Below, one piece after another: positions 1 through 11,548 of a stretch of 64,000 nt of DNA. This DNA is from Ostrea edulis. Its lineage: Eukaryota. Position numbers and translations under genes: made by a program. The first letter of the stretch is position 1. Each line of letters begins with the position of its first letter. The stretch covers positions 61,690,001-61,754,000 of the forward strand of contig NC_079167.1 of the NCBI RefSeq assembly GCF_947568905.1, read 5' to 3'. The notes under the pieces are model-generated. The model saw only the letters and a program-made list of their open reading frames with translations, did not search any database and was not told the origin of the DNA.

Positions 1-477
1 AGCATGTGACTGTACACCGACTAGTCCCCCACCACACACAAACCATCCTTTTAAAATTAGATTTGATAGAGGGCTCATTGCCCATTATAATCATGTAAAC
101 ATTTTGACTCCAATTGATGTTCAGAAGTAAAGGAAAATATTTTCTGAGATACAAAGCATTTTCAATGTATGACCAACTTAGCCCCACCCTTAGTAGGATT
201 TGAACCCAAGAGTCATGAATTTCATTTGGTTTTTTGTTTGTTTTTTGGTAGAGGGTTCAATGTTCATTATGATGCAAACATTTTGCCTCCTTGATGTCCA
301 CAAGTTAAGAAACCTATTTTCTATTATATAATCCCTGATTGTTATCTTCACCTTTCATAATGCATTTATGATATATGTTCACCTTGGGGCATAAACCCTG
401 ACCCCAGGAGTCGTGTGGATTTCACAGTTTTGGTAAAGGGCTCATTGTTCATTATATAAAATCATATCATATATGTG

Positions 478-533
478 GATTTGAACTTGAGATCTGCGGT
501 TCACCAGCCCAATACTTTAACCCCTGAGCTACG
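478..533 (-). mobile_element. tRNA-like (Pol III A/B box) head within an interspersed repeat
   Basis: The minus strand reads TAGCTCAGGGGTTAAAGT...AGTTCAAATC. Degenerate, so a SINE-type head rather than a tRNA gene. Confidence 0.5.
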
Positions 534-644
534 ATGATAGACAAACAAATCGATCGATACAAATAATTTCACAAAACATTTAAATTGCCATCTTGTGACG
601 TAGTGTCATAAAGAGTATAAGCTTTAGTGTATTGAGCTACCTTA

Positions 645-1005
645 ATTATGGCCAAACTTCTACATTCAAAGGGACATAACTCCCAGAATAAAATTTTCTG
701 CAAATGTGCACATCTACACAGTATGCCCTTATCAACTACATAGTTTCATGAAGTTCGGTTAAGCAAATTCAGAAAAGTTGAGCTAACAAGTAAAGAACTA
801 TTCTAAATTCAAATGGGGCATAAGTCCCAGAAAAAAAAAATCAGGATTTCCTGCAAATATGCACATCTAGACAATAAGTCCTTAGGAACAACAAGATTTC
901 ATGAAATTCTGTTGAGCGGTTAAGAAAAATTGTGCTGACAAGAACATGACTGATGGATGAATGGGTAAAAAGCATACCCTCCACAACTTGTTGCATGGGG
1001 GAATA
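645..1005. repeat. Helentron/HINE-type non-autonomous repeat fragment with terminal hairpin
   Basis: Internal duplicated GCAAATRTGCACATCTA units and a terminal imperfect palindrome CCCTCCACAACTTGTTGCATGGGGG (977-1001). Family assignment is from recall of oyster repeats. Confidence 0.4.
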
Positions 1006-1499
1006 ATTAGCTGCAAAATTGTAGTTCTTTGAGGGGAAAATTGGAATTCGGTCTATCCAATTCTTTTTCCAGAAAGATACCGGTTCTGTAGCTATGTTCA
1101 GTACATCTTTCAAAAGCCATTTGCTGCATGTGAATTATTTAAAAACCCACATCTACAGGTTTTCAGTATGTAGCATAAGGAATGAATCCTCATCAACATG
1201 TATGTACATTATGTAATTAAAAGACTGAAGTATATATGTATATGTACATTCCAAGTAAGCATGTCATGTGCATGTGTTGTACTGAACTTAGATATCAGTG
1301 GAAAGATGAGATGTTATCTCAATAAGTCAGGAAGAAGGTGTAAATGATTTGCTTTTCTTCAATGCCTAAATGTCTGTGAGGATAATAGGCAAAGCATAGG
1401 GCACTAATGGACAGAATAGTGACATTCTGTGTTCTAGCATAGCACTGCTTTCCAGATAGAGTTAAAAATTTCAGTAAGAAACAAGTAAGACATACATAC

Positions 1500-4449
1500 C
1501 ACCATATCTTCACAGCTAGCGGTTGACGGTGTTTTATTACCCATCTGTAAAAACATGTCCTCTGATGACACTGCTTGTTTAAATATGATGTCATACCTAA
1601 AAATAGGAACATTAATCTAAATATTATTTGAAATTTTTCTATGGTAACTGTCTCTTTTGCTTTATTATCAACATTGCACTTGGAACAGAGTATTCCTAAT
1701 GAGGATTCATGATAATATCATTCCACTTAAGAAATGGAAAATTGGCAATAAAACACAATTTCAGAATAAAAAGGGACTTTCATGGATTTGATAGAAAATG
1801 TACATACAGTCATATACAAGTTTGAGCTAAACCTCTTGTAAATAAATTATCAGCGTAAATTTATCATTGATCTCTTCTGAGGATTGTCTGCACTCATACT
1901 GTAGAGTCTGCCATTTTTGTGGGGTTTTATATGCTGTGGTCTAAGAATGAATAGCATATTCAAGGGATCAAATCTTCTCATGGCTTGAGAAAAAATACAC
2001 ATGAAGCATGTTCATGGGGTGAAATTTTCCTGTACTGAGAAAAAAAATAGTATGATCATGAGATAAAATTTTCATACTCTGAGAAAAAAATAGCATGTTT
2101 TTGGGATTAAATTTTCTTAGTTTACCTTTTGCTATGCCTACATGTTTGTGGATTTAAAACCCATTCAAGAATGTTTCGGTCATTATGAGATGCGACCAGC
2201 TGCAGGTGAAATGTCACAAATCTTTTACATTCACATGGTTCTCAAGGCCATACATGTAACAGTGAGGGTTATCTATCATGTCAAAAACTACAGTGACAAT
2301 TGGCATTTGAAGTTTCATTTGTGGCAGTCGGACAGATTCAATTGCTGGTGGCCAGATACACTAGCTCAGTCGGTAGAGCACATGATTGGAGATTCAACAG
2401 GCCCAGGTTCGCATCCCATTCTGGTTCATTGCATTTTCTCCCTTAATTCCTGCTACATTTGGTGCTGTGGACCAGCCCTTGGAACTGACAGGTGAAAATG
2501 CCTGCCAGGGGATTAAGATCCTGGGTTGATGTCTTCAAGGTGTGAGGACATTTAAGAAGGGGGGGATGTGGTGCACAGACAGGTTCAATACACTAGCTCA
2601 GTTTGTAGAGAACCTGATTGGAGATTCAGACGACCTGGGTTCGAATCCCAGTCTGGTCTGTTACATTTTCTCCCTGTCTGTTACACATTCAAAACACCCA
2701 TGATTTTCACTTCGAGTGCCTGCTTCTTTAAGAAGGAAAAGTCACCAGTTGCCACCTATTTTAAGCATCTTACATTTGAATTGGTCACTGGTATGTGAAG
2801 GCAAGCAAACTAACCATTAGGGTGTTGTGTCTGCTTTTGTCTACATAAACTTAATAAACTAACACTCTTACTAATCTGGGTCTTCACAGTTAATACTTCA
2901 ACAATTTTTAATTGAAAGTCAGTGAACACAGATGATAAACAAATGTGCATGTGGTACAATCTCTAAAATACAGTCAAACCTCATTATCTCGAACTTGATG
3001 GGACTGAGAAAAAATTTCAAGATATCCAAGGATTCGAGATATCTAGGGTAAAATACTTTAAGAGTAAGTGGTTGGGAATTCTGAATCTCTTCGACATATC
3101 CATGGTATTTGAGATATTGGTGTTTGAGATACCAAAGTTCCACTATAGTAAACATACTCTGGTTGAGGTCTTGGGTCAAATGTTGTATCAAATTCTGCTC
3201 CTTCTGGAACCTCATCTTCTCCCCATATGTCTTTAGCATTTCCCTTTGATTCTGGTACTTTCAATACATACATAAAATTGTACACAATATTTAAGTCACA
3301 TTATCAATCATAATGAAAGAAACACAAAACCTCCATGATAAGTTTACAACATTTACAAAATACACATAATTCAGTGTTTTCCCTAAGAACCGGCCGCCGG
3401 CCAAATTGACCGTTTCAAACGATTTTCTGGCCGGTTCAAATATAAAAAATCAAAAAATAATATGTTGTCAATTTCAGTGATGTTGATTTACACGATCGAT
3501 CTTTGCAAAGAATGTATGCGGTAGCAATTGGTTGGCTATAAATATCTTTCATATTTCTTCCTTGTTTATGTTTTTATCGAGAGCTTTTTGAAACGGCGAT
3601 TTTGATTGGACGATATTTTAAACTCTCACCTTGCGCGTGAGAAGCACATGGCAGTGAAAAATAATGAAGCGTCGAACGAATACATTACATGATTTCTTCC
3701 AGTCAAAACATCGCAAAGGTGTGTATTTAACACCACTGTGACTAACTTGTCTGAGGTAAAAATGTTCAACCCTTTGGTATATATTTAAAAATGTAGGTTA
3801 AAAAGTGGCATATGAACAAGGGTCATTTTGCCCCCTGAAATGCCTCAGAATGCAGGATTTTGCGTCTAATTTTCCAAACTTTCCATACCCCCCCTGGCCT
3901 GTTACAATTCTAAATGGGCCTGTTCAAATGAAATGAATGGAAAACACTGATAATTTAATATCTTTTGACTCTTTTTCCTTCCATCAATATTTCTTCTTTT
4001 TCAATTTTCTGATATTCATATGATACAAAATAAACATTTTTGTCAAATTGTCTGAAGAATTTTTCTTGCTCTGGTAGCTTGAGTTAAAAGGTTACAAAAT
4101 TTGATTGGATGCTGTTACCTTTGCCGGGTTTCTGGTCTTTCTTCACTGAAGGACCAATCTGACCTGGTCCAATTTTCCCATATGCAGAGGGCTAAAATGG
4201 TCAATTTATAACTGATATGTAACATCACTATGACTTTTACATATAATTGTAACAGCAAATGTTATTAAAATTTATGGCAAACAGGCATAGATCAATATAT
4301 ACACATATAAGAATACAAATTATTTATCCAGATTTTAAAAAATAATTTGAAATTACCCTTTCATCTAGTTCACAGTCAGAATCACTGTCTTCATTTGGTG
4401 GTTTTAGCATATGTGCTAAGGAATTTATCTGGTCTGTTGTGAATTCCAT
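1500..4449 (-). CDS. DNAAF6: Dynein axonemal assembly factor 6 (PIH1D3/twister), 5' part; coding exons 4449-4357, 4191-4119, 3257-3158, 1596-1500; remaining exon(s) not found in the window
   Basis: All introns are GT-AG with compatible phases (0,1,2,0). Joined product: MEFTTDQINSLAHMLKPPNEDSDSDCELDER-PSAYGKIGPGQIGPSVKKDQKPGK-VPESKGNAKDIWGEDEVPEGAEFDTTFDPRPQPE-YDIIFKQAVSSEDMFLQMGNKTPSTASCEDMV. The KDIW..EVPEG, R..PEY..FKQ.V and PSTA.CEDMV motifs match PIH1D3 as recalled, not searched. Confidence 0.85.
2350..2658 (+). mobile_element. Two tandem tRNA-derived heads (2350-2425, 2585-2658) in a DNAAF6 intron
   Basis: Both copies read CACTAGCTCAGTYKGTAGAG..C.TGATTGGAGATTCA...GGTTCG.ATCCCA.TCTGGT, i.e. 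A box plus B box. Acceptor stems are poor. Confidence 0.55.
2971..3145. mobile_element. TA-flanked MITE (Tc1/mariner/pogo-like)
   Basis: TA|CAGTCAAACCTCATTATCTCGAAC ... GAGATACCAAAGTTCCACTA|TA; imperfect TIRs with TA on both sides. Confidence 0.6.
3372..3949. mobile_element. Non-autonomous TIR element with apparent 6-bp TSD
   Basis: Perfect 11-bp TIR CAGTGTTTTCC...GGAAAACACTG; ATAATT immediately flanks both ends (3366-3371, 3950-3955). Confidence 0.65.
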
Positions 4450-5697
4450 TGTCAAAAATATTACCACCTACAAGCAATATTGTAGTTACACAATAAAATT
4501 TCAATATACATGTAACATAAGAAACAGAGATGGAGAGAGCAAGAATCTGGCAGTTAGACAGCATAAGGAGTTGTCACATATATTTATTTTATATAGATAT
4601 ACTCTTTAGATCTTTAAAGCAAATGCTATATCTATTTTGTTGAACAGCTCACAGACCCAGAACATGACCAACCGAGATAAAAAAAAACAAAAAAAAAACA
4701 ACTCCTTAACACCTTCCTCCACAAGTGTATTAAAAAGATATTGAGAATATTCTGACCTGAAAAGACTACAAATGAAAAAGTAAGAGAATTAGCCAATATA
4801 GAAAAGATCAGTAACATCATAAAATGAAGAGATGGAAATGGGAAGGACATGTACATGTACTAATGTATTAAGAATGAGTTCTTAGCCATATCAGAGCAGC
4901 CCTAGACTGAATACCCAAAGGGTGAAGGCCGAAGACCAATCAAAATAAACAAGGAAAGGAAACAACTGGGAGGCAGGTCGTGGGATAAAACCGCCAGGAA
5001 AGCTAAAACCACAACAGAATGAAGAGGATCTATCCATGGCCCAATTCTCCACAAGGAGAGACGAAACTGATGATGATTATTATAGTGTTAATAAAAATAA
5101 ATCTCAGGGACAAATACTATAAAGTTATAGTTGAGCTGAACGACATACATATAATGAAACGTATTCATGCATATGAATACTCATGGATGTTAAATGACCC
5201 TTAAACTTGGTCTGTCCTCTCCCTAACTAACCCTTGAACTGGAGCTCCACCCTCGTCCACCTACCTGTCCAGCAAGGTGAATCGTCCAGCAGTCGACCAC
5301 CTACCCTTTTGTGTGTGATTGTTGTATGTCCTTTGAAGCCTTGCCACGTTTAAGGTAAGGTATTTATATCCCTTGTGTTTAATTATCATTCATATAAGAA
5401 ATCAGGGACAGCGACATACACATAGACAAATTTCCATTGACTTTTTTACTATTTACGAGTAGAAACATATTTCATGAACTTTTTTACTATTTATATTCTA
5501 TGGACTTTTTCACTATTTACAAGAAGAAATTTATATTCTATGGACTTTTTCGCCATTTACAAGTAGAAATTTACACATACCGTTGCTCTGTTTTTCTGTT
5601 TACACAGGTTTCCACATGCAGTTGTTTACTTCCGGTACATTGCATTATAAATATCAAAACCTCACCGTTTCCTCCGATATTTCCCGGTATTTATTAC

Positions 5698-5725
5698 CTC
5701 TGTGTAAAGGCCATCGGCAACGGGG
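5698..5725 (-). promoter_or_regulatory. Candidate DNAAF6 non-coding first-exon end with RFX X-box-like half site
   Basis: Minus-strand donor GAG|GTAATA at 5698/5697 and GTTGCCGATGG at 5721-5711; matching UTR acceptor TTGTAG|G at 4468/4467. RFX control of cilia genes is established, but this particular site is inferred. Confidence 0.3.
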
Positions 5726-6944
5726 TTTGTTTTTCTCTGTATCTTGAACATGAAGTGAGGTATAAATCGCAATTTCTTATTTTTCGGATATTTCTTACGA
5801 ATTTTGTGATTACCGCAGAACTAATCTATTTTCTTTCTGTTTTTCGTTAACACTAGCAGAAACATACATGTAGGGCCTATATAACATATTATGTTTTATA
5901 TGTTTCTGATATTAGCGACTAGTATTAAAGTGAAAAGTACTTTACTTTATGAAAAAGAATATTTCAAATGCATAAATCAATTGATGAAGCAATTAATAAT
6001 TTTGTTCAGGGTCGACATTTTGCTGTGACGCACAGTACATGTATAATCTTGAACCTTTTTTCACTCATTTTAAAACAATGTATCATCATTAGTGTATATG
6101 TTGCCACATCTTTAAAGATGTCAGACATATAAAAACAGAAGTGTATGTTATCATCAGAAAATCACATTTTCGTTATACAGAATAATTAAAATAAATAAAA
6201 GCTTGTTGAAATGACAAATTTTAAATGTCGATAGTTTTTTTTTTTTTTAAATGCTAATCTATAAATATGTATGAATTAATTGTGGATATTAGAGAGACAT
6301 GCAGTAGAAGAAATATCAGTATAGGACTTATTGCCCTTGACAACATTTTTTAAAATTATGAATAATTGATTATCTATGGAAAATTTAAACTTTTTCAGTC
6401 TTATTATTTTACCAGATTTTTTTTATTTCATTCAGTGATTAAAATTCCTCTGAAAGATATATTTCAATCATCTACATAGTTTAATTTGATAAAGATTTTT
6501 GCAAAAATCTGACATCACATGAGGATCGATCTTCCTTAATGAAGCTTGGGCGGAATAAAGTTCAGGCACGTACAATCGAGGGGGGGGGGGGGTGTCATGA
6601 TCAATATAGATATATATTATTTTAATATAGAAAAATTGGGTGACTGGCACCCCAGTATTTTTATAGTATTAGTAAATGATAAAAATGTATAAGATTAATT
6701 TAAAGTTACAAGATATGAACTGAAGAACTTATGTAGGAAGGGTTACCCCCCCCCCCCCTCCCCCAAACGATTTAAGAAAAATAAAATAAAAATTGGGAAA
6801 TAATTTTTAAGCGATTTTAGGTATGAAGTCTCCAAATTCCCCCATCCCCCTCTCCATTACGATTTAGGATTTTAAAGATTGGACAATATTTTTTACATTT
6901 GTTGATTGTCAAGAATTTTAGACACGTCAACTAACACTTCTTCC

Positions 6945-7470
6945 GACATCCCCTCCGGCTGCCCCCTCCCCCATTCATCTCCTCCGGCTGCCCCCTCCCC
7001 CATTCATCTCCTCCGACTGCCCCCTCCCCCATTCATCTCCTCCGACTGCCCCCTCCCCCATTCATCTCCTCCGGCTGCCCCCTCCGCCATTCATCTCCTC
7101 CGGCTGCCCCCTCCGCCATTCATCTCCTCCGGCTGCCCCCTCCGCCATTCATCTCCTGCTGCCCCCTCCGCCATTCATCTCCTCCGGCTGCCCCCTCCGC
7201 CATTCATCTCCTCCGGCTGCCCCCTCCCCCATTCATCTCCTCCGGCTGCCCCCTCCGCCATTCATCTCCTCCGGCTGCCCCCTCCCCATTCATCTCCTCC
7301 GGCTGCCCCCTCCCCCATTCATCTCCTCCGGCTGCCCCTCCCCCATTCATCTCCTCCGGCTGCCCCCTCCGCCATTCCGACATCTCCTCCGGCTGCCCCC
7401 TCCCCCATTCATCTCCTCCGGCTGCCCCCTCCGCCATTCCGACATCTCCTCCGGCTGCCCCCTCCCCCAT
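6945..7470. repeat. C-rich minisatellite, 28-29-bp unit CATTCATCTCCTCCGGCTGCCCC(C)TCC(C/G)C, roughly 18 copies
   Basis: Directly visible tandem array; it generates the spurious ORFs 6906-7706 and 7204-7470. Confidence 0.95.
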
Positions 7471-8632
7471 TTCCCTTGAAAAATGATGCCACGTGCCTGC
7501 ATTACTGTCACTTAGAATTTTCTGAATTTACATCTGTCACAAATCATTGTACGCCTATTAGAAGACCTAGATACAGAGCATGTCTTCTAAACGATACTAC
7601 AGGAAAAGTGCAGTACCAAACGAAGAGACATTGGTATCATGTCAGATATAAATATACACAGGTAGAACAGATTAAAGTTTCTTCACATCATGGAACTGAA
7701 GTGTAGGGAATCAAAGTTTTACAAGGTAATTATGGGGGAAATCGTCTTCCCTAGCAGGACCATGATTCAATATCAAGCATCATCAGGTAGTGTAGATTCC
7801 AATTTATTCAAATTATGATCGCCCTAGGCTAGAGGGTAAGATGAGGCCTCAATAGGGAGTATTTATTTTTACATGGCAATATATGAGGAAATTAATTGCA
7901 TCATTGATACTTGTGCTCATGCAAAATTAACATTTCATACGGTCATTGAAATGAAACAAATCATTTTACACTTGCGTCAATTATATGTTCCATAATTGAT
8001 AACATTGGCATGAAACAGGACGCGAATGTGCAAGTTGACGCTGGAGTATACAAATACATGTATAATGTTGTGGTTTTTAACGGATTGTAGTAAATTATGG
8101 GGGGGAAATTACAACACGAAACCAATCCCCCTCCACACCTTATATTTGATTTTGAGTCAAACAATCAAAATGATGTCGACTATAAATATACCCAATAGCT
8201 TATATTCAGTTCTCCGATTGCAATTTTTGCATTATACGATCGCTTTGCAAGCAATTTGTTTCGTTGCCGATCGCCTTTTTTTGGAGTAAATATTTTCATA
8301 TAAAAACCATTTCCAGACGATAATAAATACAGCTTTAGGTGATACATGTAAAGACTTAATTCGTAAAATCAAAATATTTTTGGAATTATTGAAACATTAC
8401 GAAAAAAAAAGTTATTTAATGACAAGAAATTTTGGAATTTGGACGCATGTCTATTAAATGGATTACATATACACTAAAGTTCGTGGGAATAACTTCTAAT
8501 TGCAGTGTAAGGCTAATAGATTGTCCCTATTATATCAATATCTTGTAAAATTTTAAACTCGATAAAGCATCGACACATAAATAACATCAAAACTTACCCG
8601 CTATTAAAATGTCGTTCTGCATAACTGCTTCC

Positions 8633-8737
8633 GAGTTAATGCCGATCGAGTCTGAGTTAATGCCGATCGAGTCTGAGTTAATGTTGATCGAGTCTGAGTT
8701 CATGCCGATCGAGTCTGAGTTCATGCCGATCGAGTCC
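8633..8737. repeat. 21-bp tandem repeat GAGTT(A/C)ATGCCGATCGAGTCT x5
   Basis: Five units starting at 8633, 8654, 8675, 8696 and 8717. Confidence 0.9.
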
Positions 8738-8960
8738 GAGATTTACAGGGGTGTTTATTGCGTTTAATTTTTACATAGCAAAAATATAGATTTTGAGCTT
8801 CAGTATTCGTAAACTAATTAGTATTCAAACTCTCATAATTAATTTTGCTTTAACTGTTGCATAGTTATGTTACATGCATGTCAACACAAAAGCCACTCAC
8901 ATAAAACGGCTTCTGCTTATTCATACAATTCATTATAGTGTATCTTCAGGCATAGATACA

Positions 8961-8966
8961 TATAAA
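8961..8966 (+). promoter_or_regulatory. Candidate TATA box of HSP70
   Basis: TATAAA about 200 nt upstream of the ATG; positional evidence only. Confidence 0.3.
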
Positions 8967-9163
8967 TGAATCTTTGGCAAAAGTTCACACACAGATTAAA
9001 ACCTTTACGCGATGTCCCCTTAGGCATGGGCGACACACGTGGAAATGACAGAGTCAACGTTTTCTTACCTGTGAGCGCACGTAACATTCATTATTGTGTT
9101 TTTCACTTGAAAAACACACCAGTTTGCTAAATATAATATCAAGAAACCCCTGAACAGTTAAAA

Positions 9164-11047
9164 ATGAAGGTTCCTGTAATTGGAATTGATCTTGGAACGA
9201 CTTATTCGTGCGTGGGTGTTTTCCAGCATGGGAAAGTGGAAATAATCGCCAACGACCAAGGTAATAGGACAACGCCGAGTTATGTTGCCTTTACAGAAGC
9301 CGAGCGCATCATCGGAGATGCTGCAAAAAACCAGGTAGCAATGAATCCGAAAAATACTATTTTTGATGCCAAAAGACTTATCGGAAGAAAATTTGAAGAG
9401 CCGTCTGTCCAAAGTGACATGAAACATTGGCCATTCAAAGTTACTAACAAGCAGGGAAAGCCAATGATACAAGTTGAATACAAGAATGAAATAAAGTCCT
9501 TTAGTCCTGAGGAAATTAGTTCGATGGTACTGACCAAAATGCGCGAGACTGCGGAAGCGTTTCTAGGAGAGAAAGTAACTAAGGCTGTCATCACAGTTCC
9601 GGCGTACTTTAACGATTCACAGCGCCAGGCAACAAAAGATGCGGGTATCATCGCAGGATTAGAGGTATTACGAATGGTAAACGAACCTACGGCTGCAGCC
9701 CTTGCGTACGGTCTTGACAAGAATTTATCGGGCGAAAAGAATGTTCTAATTTACGATCTAGGCGGGGGCACGTTCGATGTATCGATTCTTAACATCGACG
9801 AAGGTTCAGTCTTTGAAGTGCAGTCGACAGCGGGTGACACCCATCTTGGAGGAGAAGATTTTGACAACAGAATGGTTGATCACTTTGTAAAAGAATTCAA
9901 GAGGAAATATCAAAGGGAAATAACTTCAAACAAACGAGCCCTTAGAAGACTAAGAACTGCGTGTGAAAGAGCCAAGAGGACATTGTCCAGCAGCACAGAG
10001 GCTAGTATAGAAATAGATTCCCTTTGCGACGGGGTTGACTTCTATACAAAAATAACCCGCGCCAGATTCGAGGAACTGTGTTCTGACTTGTTCAAAAGTA
10101 CAATGGAGCCTGTCGAAAGAGCAATAAAGGATGCCAAATTAGACAAGTCTAAAATCCACGACATCGTTCTGGTTGGCGGATCAACACGAATACCAAAGAT
10201 ACAAAAACTGCTTTCTGATTTCATGGGAGGAAAAGACTTAAACCGCTCTATTAATCCAGATGAGGCTGTAGCCTACGGCGCTGCTGTTCAGGCTGCCATT
10301 TTGTCGGGTGATTCCAGTGATGTTATCAAAGATTTGCTTTTGATTGACGTTGCGCCTTTATCCCTTGGAATTGAGACGGCGGGTGGTGTTATGACAAATC
10401 TTATTGATAGAAACAGCCGAATTCCGTGTAAAATTGGCAAAACTTTCACGACATACTCTGATAATCAACCAGGCGTCCATATTCAAGTTTTTGAAGGAGA
10501 ACGCGCCATGACAAAGGACAACCATAAACTCGGAAACTTCGATCTTACGGGTATTCCTCCTGCGCCTAGAGGTGTTCCACAAATCGATGTTGAATTTGAT
10601 TTAGACGCCAACTGCATTTTGAATGTTTCTGCAGTAGACAAGAGTACGGGTAAGTCTAATAAGGTGACCATTACCAACGACAAAGGTCGGCTTAGCAAGG
10701 CTGAAATTGATAGAATGGTTTCGGACGCAGAAAAATACCAGGAGGCGGACGAAAAACAGAAGCAACGCGTACAATCTAAGAACCAGTTAGAAAACTACGT
10801 TTACGGCATCCGCAATGCAGTGGATGAGGAAAGGGGAAAACTCCAGCCCTCAGAGAAGACAGAGGCACTAAATGCCTGCGAGGAAGCCTTGAAATGGTTA
10901 GATCTTAACGCCGATGCTGAAACGTCTGAATTTGAAGGTAAATTGAAGATGGTCCAGGAGACCTGTAGTCCAATTATGACAAAGCTTCACAGCGAACAAA
11001 AAGAAAGTAGTACAGCAGGTGGACCAAAGGTGGAAGAAGTGGATTAA
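9164..11047 (+). CDS. hsp70: Intronless cytosolic heat shock protein 70 (inducible Hsp68/Hsp70-B2 type), 627 aa
   Basis: [22 protein letters not shown] and [15 protein letters not shown] signatures; RARFEEL; C-terminal GPKVEEVD; no GGMP repeats; single uninterrupted ORF. Confidence 0.98.
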   Translation: MKVPVIGIDLGTTYSCVGVFQHGKVEIIANDQGNRTTPSYVAFTEAERIIGDAAKNQVAMNPKNTIFDAKRLIGRKFEEPSVQSDMKHWPFKVTNKQGKPMIQVEYKNEIKSFSPEEISSMVLTKMRETAEAFLGEKVTKAVITVPAYFNDSQRQATKDAGIIAGLEVLRMVNEPTAAALAYGLDKNLSGEKNVLIYDLGGGTFDVSILNIDEGSVFEVQSTAGDTHLGGEDFDNRMVDHFVKEFKRKYQREITSNKRALRRLRTACERAKRTLSSSTEASIEIDSLCDGVDFYTKITRARFEELCSDLFKSTMEPVERAIKDAKLDKSKIHDIVLVGGSTRIPKIQKLLSDFMGGKDLNRSINPDEAVAYGAAVQAAILSGDSSDVIKDLLLIDVAPLSLGIETAGGVMTNLIDRNSRIPCKIGKTFTTYSDNQPGVHIQVFEGERAMTKDNHKLGNFDLTGIPPAPRGVPQIDVEFDLDANCILNVSAVDKSTGKSNKVTITNDKGRLSKAEIDRMVSDAEKYQEADEKQKQRVQSKNQLENYVYGIRNAVDEERGKLQPSEKTEALNACEEALKWLDLNADAETSEFEGKLKMVQETCSPIMTKLHSEQKESSTAGGPKVEEVD

Positions 11048-11297
11048 TGATGTTTCAAAACACGTGACTATCAGATTACTCAAAGAAATGACGAATATAT
11101 GTAGCAGGTGACGATGCGAGTTTTTTGTTCGTTTTTTTTATTTTCTTCAAAGAATTAAATGAATAATCACTTATAGAAATAATGTGTGTACATGTACCGT
11201 TTTATGTATAAACATTGATATATCCCCCAATATGCATTCAATCAAAATTAAAAACAAAGTTATGGCCATACATGAATTATAATTCATATTCTACAAC

Positions 11298-11548
11298 CTG
11301 TCATTGGATTAATGCTGTCTGACGTGTTTCATACCAATTTTTAGGCCGTTCTTTACACACTAATTTTGACTGCTGATTATTCCGTTTAATTGATCGAGAT
11401 GTAGGGCTCACGGCAGGTGTGACCGGTCGACAGGGGATACTTACTCCTCCTAGGAACCAGATCCCACCTCTGGTGTGTCCAGGGATCCGCGTTTGCCCAA
11501 CTCCCAATTTCGTATTCCTTGTAAGAGTTTTGAGATTGATCACTGTTC
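11298..11548 (+). mobile_element. Penelope-like element 3' end fragment
   Basis: Matches the reverse complement of the 13122 copy (GCTGTCTGACGTGTTTCATACC...GGGCTCACGG...GAGATTGATCACTGTTC). Confidence 0.8.

Noticed and set aside
6906-7706. 266-aa Pro/Ser/His-rich ORF and its antisense partner
   Set aside because: Translation of the 28-29-bp minisatellite; the frame shifts with unit length and the start is non-ATG.
9054-11083. Several minus-strand ORFs overlapping HSP70 (e.g. 9280-9720)
   Set aside because: Antisense open frames are a known by-product of HSP70 codon usage; they carry no independent motifs.
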